64,000 nt of DNA from Felis catus (taxonomy: Eukaryota): NCBI RefSeq assembly GCF_018350175.1, contig NC_058368.1, positions 81,036,001 to 81,100,000 on the forward strand, read 5' to 3'. The notes beneath the pieces were generated by a model. It was not told the DNA's origin. It ran no database searches and saw only the letters and a list, made by a program, of their open reading frames with translations. This document shows positions 61,897 to 64,000 of this stretch, piece by piece (position 1 is the stretch's first letter; every line of letters starts with the position of its first letter). Both the position numbers and the translations under genes were made by a program.

Positions 61897-62173
61897 ACGC
61901 ACGCGTGAACATACACGCACACACACCAGCACACACACCCCAGCATGCACACTGGCACACACGTGCACACATACCAACACACGAGCACACACCAACACAT
62001 ACACACACCAACACACATGTACATACACCAGCACACGTGCATGCACACACACGTAGCACACACACCAGCATGCACACCACCGCATACATGCACCAGCATG
62101 CATACACACACACCAGCACATACCAGCACACGTGCATGTACACCAGCACACACACACACACACACACACACAC
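61897..62173. repeat. Compound (CA)n-rich tract punctuated by CCA(G/A)CA
   Basis: About 275 bp, mostly RY alternation, ending in pure (CA)n. Confidence 0.93.
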
Positions 62174-62999
62174 TCCTAGAACATCCCTGTCCGAAAGGAC
62201 TTCTTACAATTATGGACATGTGCTCTGCGTTGTCCTGTGTGTCCACCCCTGGCAGTTGAGGGCTCACAGTGAGCCAGGGAGACCGAGGGACGGATTCCGA
62301 TTTAAACTCTCGGCTGCCAAACCGGCCGGCCTGGCCCTGGAGCGGAAGCTCTGGGAGGGTGGGACGTTTTTTGCTCGCCTCTGTGTGCCCAGCACAGGGG
62401 GCTTCGGGTCGTGTCTGTCAGCTCACTGATGGAAGCGGTCAGAGGACACCGGCCGGGCAGCTTGGCGAGGCCCTGAACCCGGCAGCCCACAGCCATTCGT
62501 CCCCGCCCCCCACGCTCGCTCCAACACCGCACGTCCGTCGTCCAGAGAAGGAGACCGCCTGGACGGTGAGGCCTGTCGTGGTTCCTGCTGCTGTTGTTTT
62601 GGTGCCAGATTACGTCCCTCTCGCTGTGAGAGGGATCAGAAGATCCCAGAGCCGATCAGAAGCCATACGTGTGTCCTATCCGATAACCTCCTTGGGCCGG
62701 TGAACTCCAAATGTTTGCCCAGGGGAGACGCGGCACCAGCCAGTGTTCCCTGTCGTTGGCCGTGGATCTGCTCTCCCCACTGTCAGTGTCCTGGTGTCCC
62801 CGAGCAGGGCGGGCCCTGTGACCCATCCCCGCGTCCCCATCTCCTCACACGTCAGCTTCTGAGGCGACCTCGCCGTAGCTCGGAGCAGGGCCACAGGCCC
62901 TCGGTCCAGACCACCCACCTCCTTCAGCCTCCCCAGACCCTCTCTTTCCACTCCGCAGGCTCTGTAGTTTGAAGGCATCTACTTAGGAGGTGGCAGCCA

Positions 63000-63760
63000 G
63001 GTGACATCTGTCATTTAGGGTAAAAATTTACACAGTCATTGTCAGTGTTGTCACAGGGAAAGGATAAATTGTGATTATCCTTTGTGATGAGATGTCGTGC
63101 TTGCTTGGGGGTGATTCTGGCCACGCCGCCCAAGCGTCCCGGAGGGGATATGCGGGGGAAGGTGGTGCCCGCGTCGGCAGCACAGCGGGACAGGCCGTGA
63201 GGCGGTTACAGATTTGTGTGAAATGCTCGCCACGGAGAAGGGCCACTGCCAAGGGGCCGGCTGCCGCCTCAGTCCCGCCAGTTCCTTTGTGAGCAAAGTC
63301 GGGCAACCGTGAGACCCGAATGAAAATTGCCAGGAGGGGCGGACAAGTAGGGCGTCTGAGATGCAGCGGTGAATAAACAGACGCGAATGAGTGCGGTGAG
63401 CGGCTGGCCTTGGCCCGCGGGACGGCTGGCCGCTCTGACAGCGACAGGAACCACGAGGCCCCCGGATAAATAGGTCTGTCCGCGTGCTGCTTCTCCAGGC
63501 CACACCTGCCTGTCACGGGCCACCCGGTCTGCGGCCCGGGAAGCCGAGTGTCCCCGGTGGCCCCGGAGGATAACAAAGGAGTAGCACCTGCCTCAGAGGC
63601 CCACGCGCTTCTCCCGGACGCCTCCTGCCGGCCTCCTGGCCTTCCTCCCTCCTGCTGGCCGCGGCCCCGGGCTTCTGGTCCCACCTTCCTGGCTCCGGGT
63701 CTGGGGCCCGCCTGCCCCCCCCCTCCCCACGCTTGCTCCAAGGCGGCAGCAAGGCGAGTG
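63000..63760. promoter_or_regulatory. CpG-rich island with adjacent TALE-motif block
   Basis: High GC and CpG density 63120-63760; TGACATCTGTCA at 63002-63013; TAAACA and TGACAG inside the island; no coding exon recognised. Confidence 0.5.
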
Positions 63761-64000
63761 ATGAGGACTCCGTCAGGGTGTTGTTAGGGCTGTCTGGGCT
63801 CACAATGGCCCATTTCTGGTGATTGGCAGCTACTTACACTCAGCCTCCCACTGAGCTATTGGTGAGTGTTCTTGTTCTCTGCAATTTTAAACTGTTCCTG
63901 GCCTGAATATTAATATGTAAGGTCCAGTACATGGGGGAAAAATAATGGCATTTAAACCCTTTAACATCGAATCTGGGTATAGCGAAATAATTCCAAAGTC

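Noticed and set aside
63028..63741. Longest ORF (237 aa), and the 226 aa (50169..50849) and 205 aa (41220..41837) ORFs
   Set aside because: No recognisable domain, composition typical of GC-rich non-coding frames, overlapping ORFs on both strands, and no supporting exon structure.

Overview
Mammalian (felid) genomic DNA: six carnivore tRNA-derived SINEs match the cat SINEC_Fc family as I recall it. I find no credible protein-coding exon, rRNA/tRNA gene or CRISPR array. Of the ORF-track entries, only decayed LINE-1/HAL1 fragments resemble real proteins; the rest read through SINEs, microsatellites or GC-rich non-coding DNA. A large part of the window is interspersed repeat: a long HAL1, a 5'-truncated carnivore L1 with target-site duplication, a nested old-L1 cluster, solo LTRs, MER20/MER58/MER5, L2 and MIR. 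Between the repeats lie several AT-rich, repeat-free blocks rich in TALE/homeodomain motifs that look like conserved non-coding enhancers, plus two CpG-rich islands with no visible gene. The overall picture (inference) is a giant intron or gene desert of a developmental-regulator locus; I cannot name the gene. The best leads are a MEIS/PBX-HOX motif cluster at 14.3-15.1 kb, a 4-nt microexon-like signal at 7332-7335, and several unusual tandem and inverted repeats. I see no evidence strong enough to claim a new biological system. Repeat family names come from remembered consensus sequences, and boundaries without TSDs are approximate.
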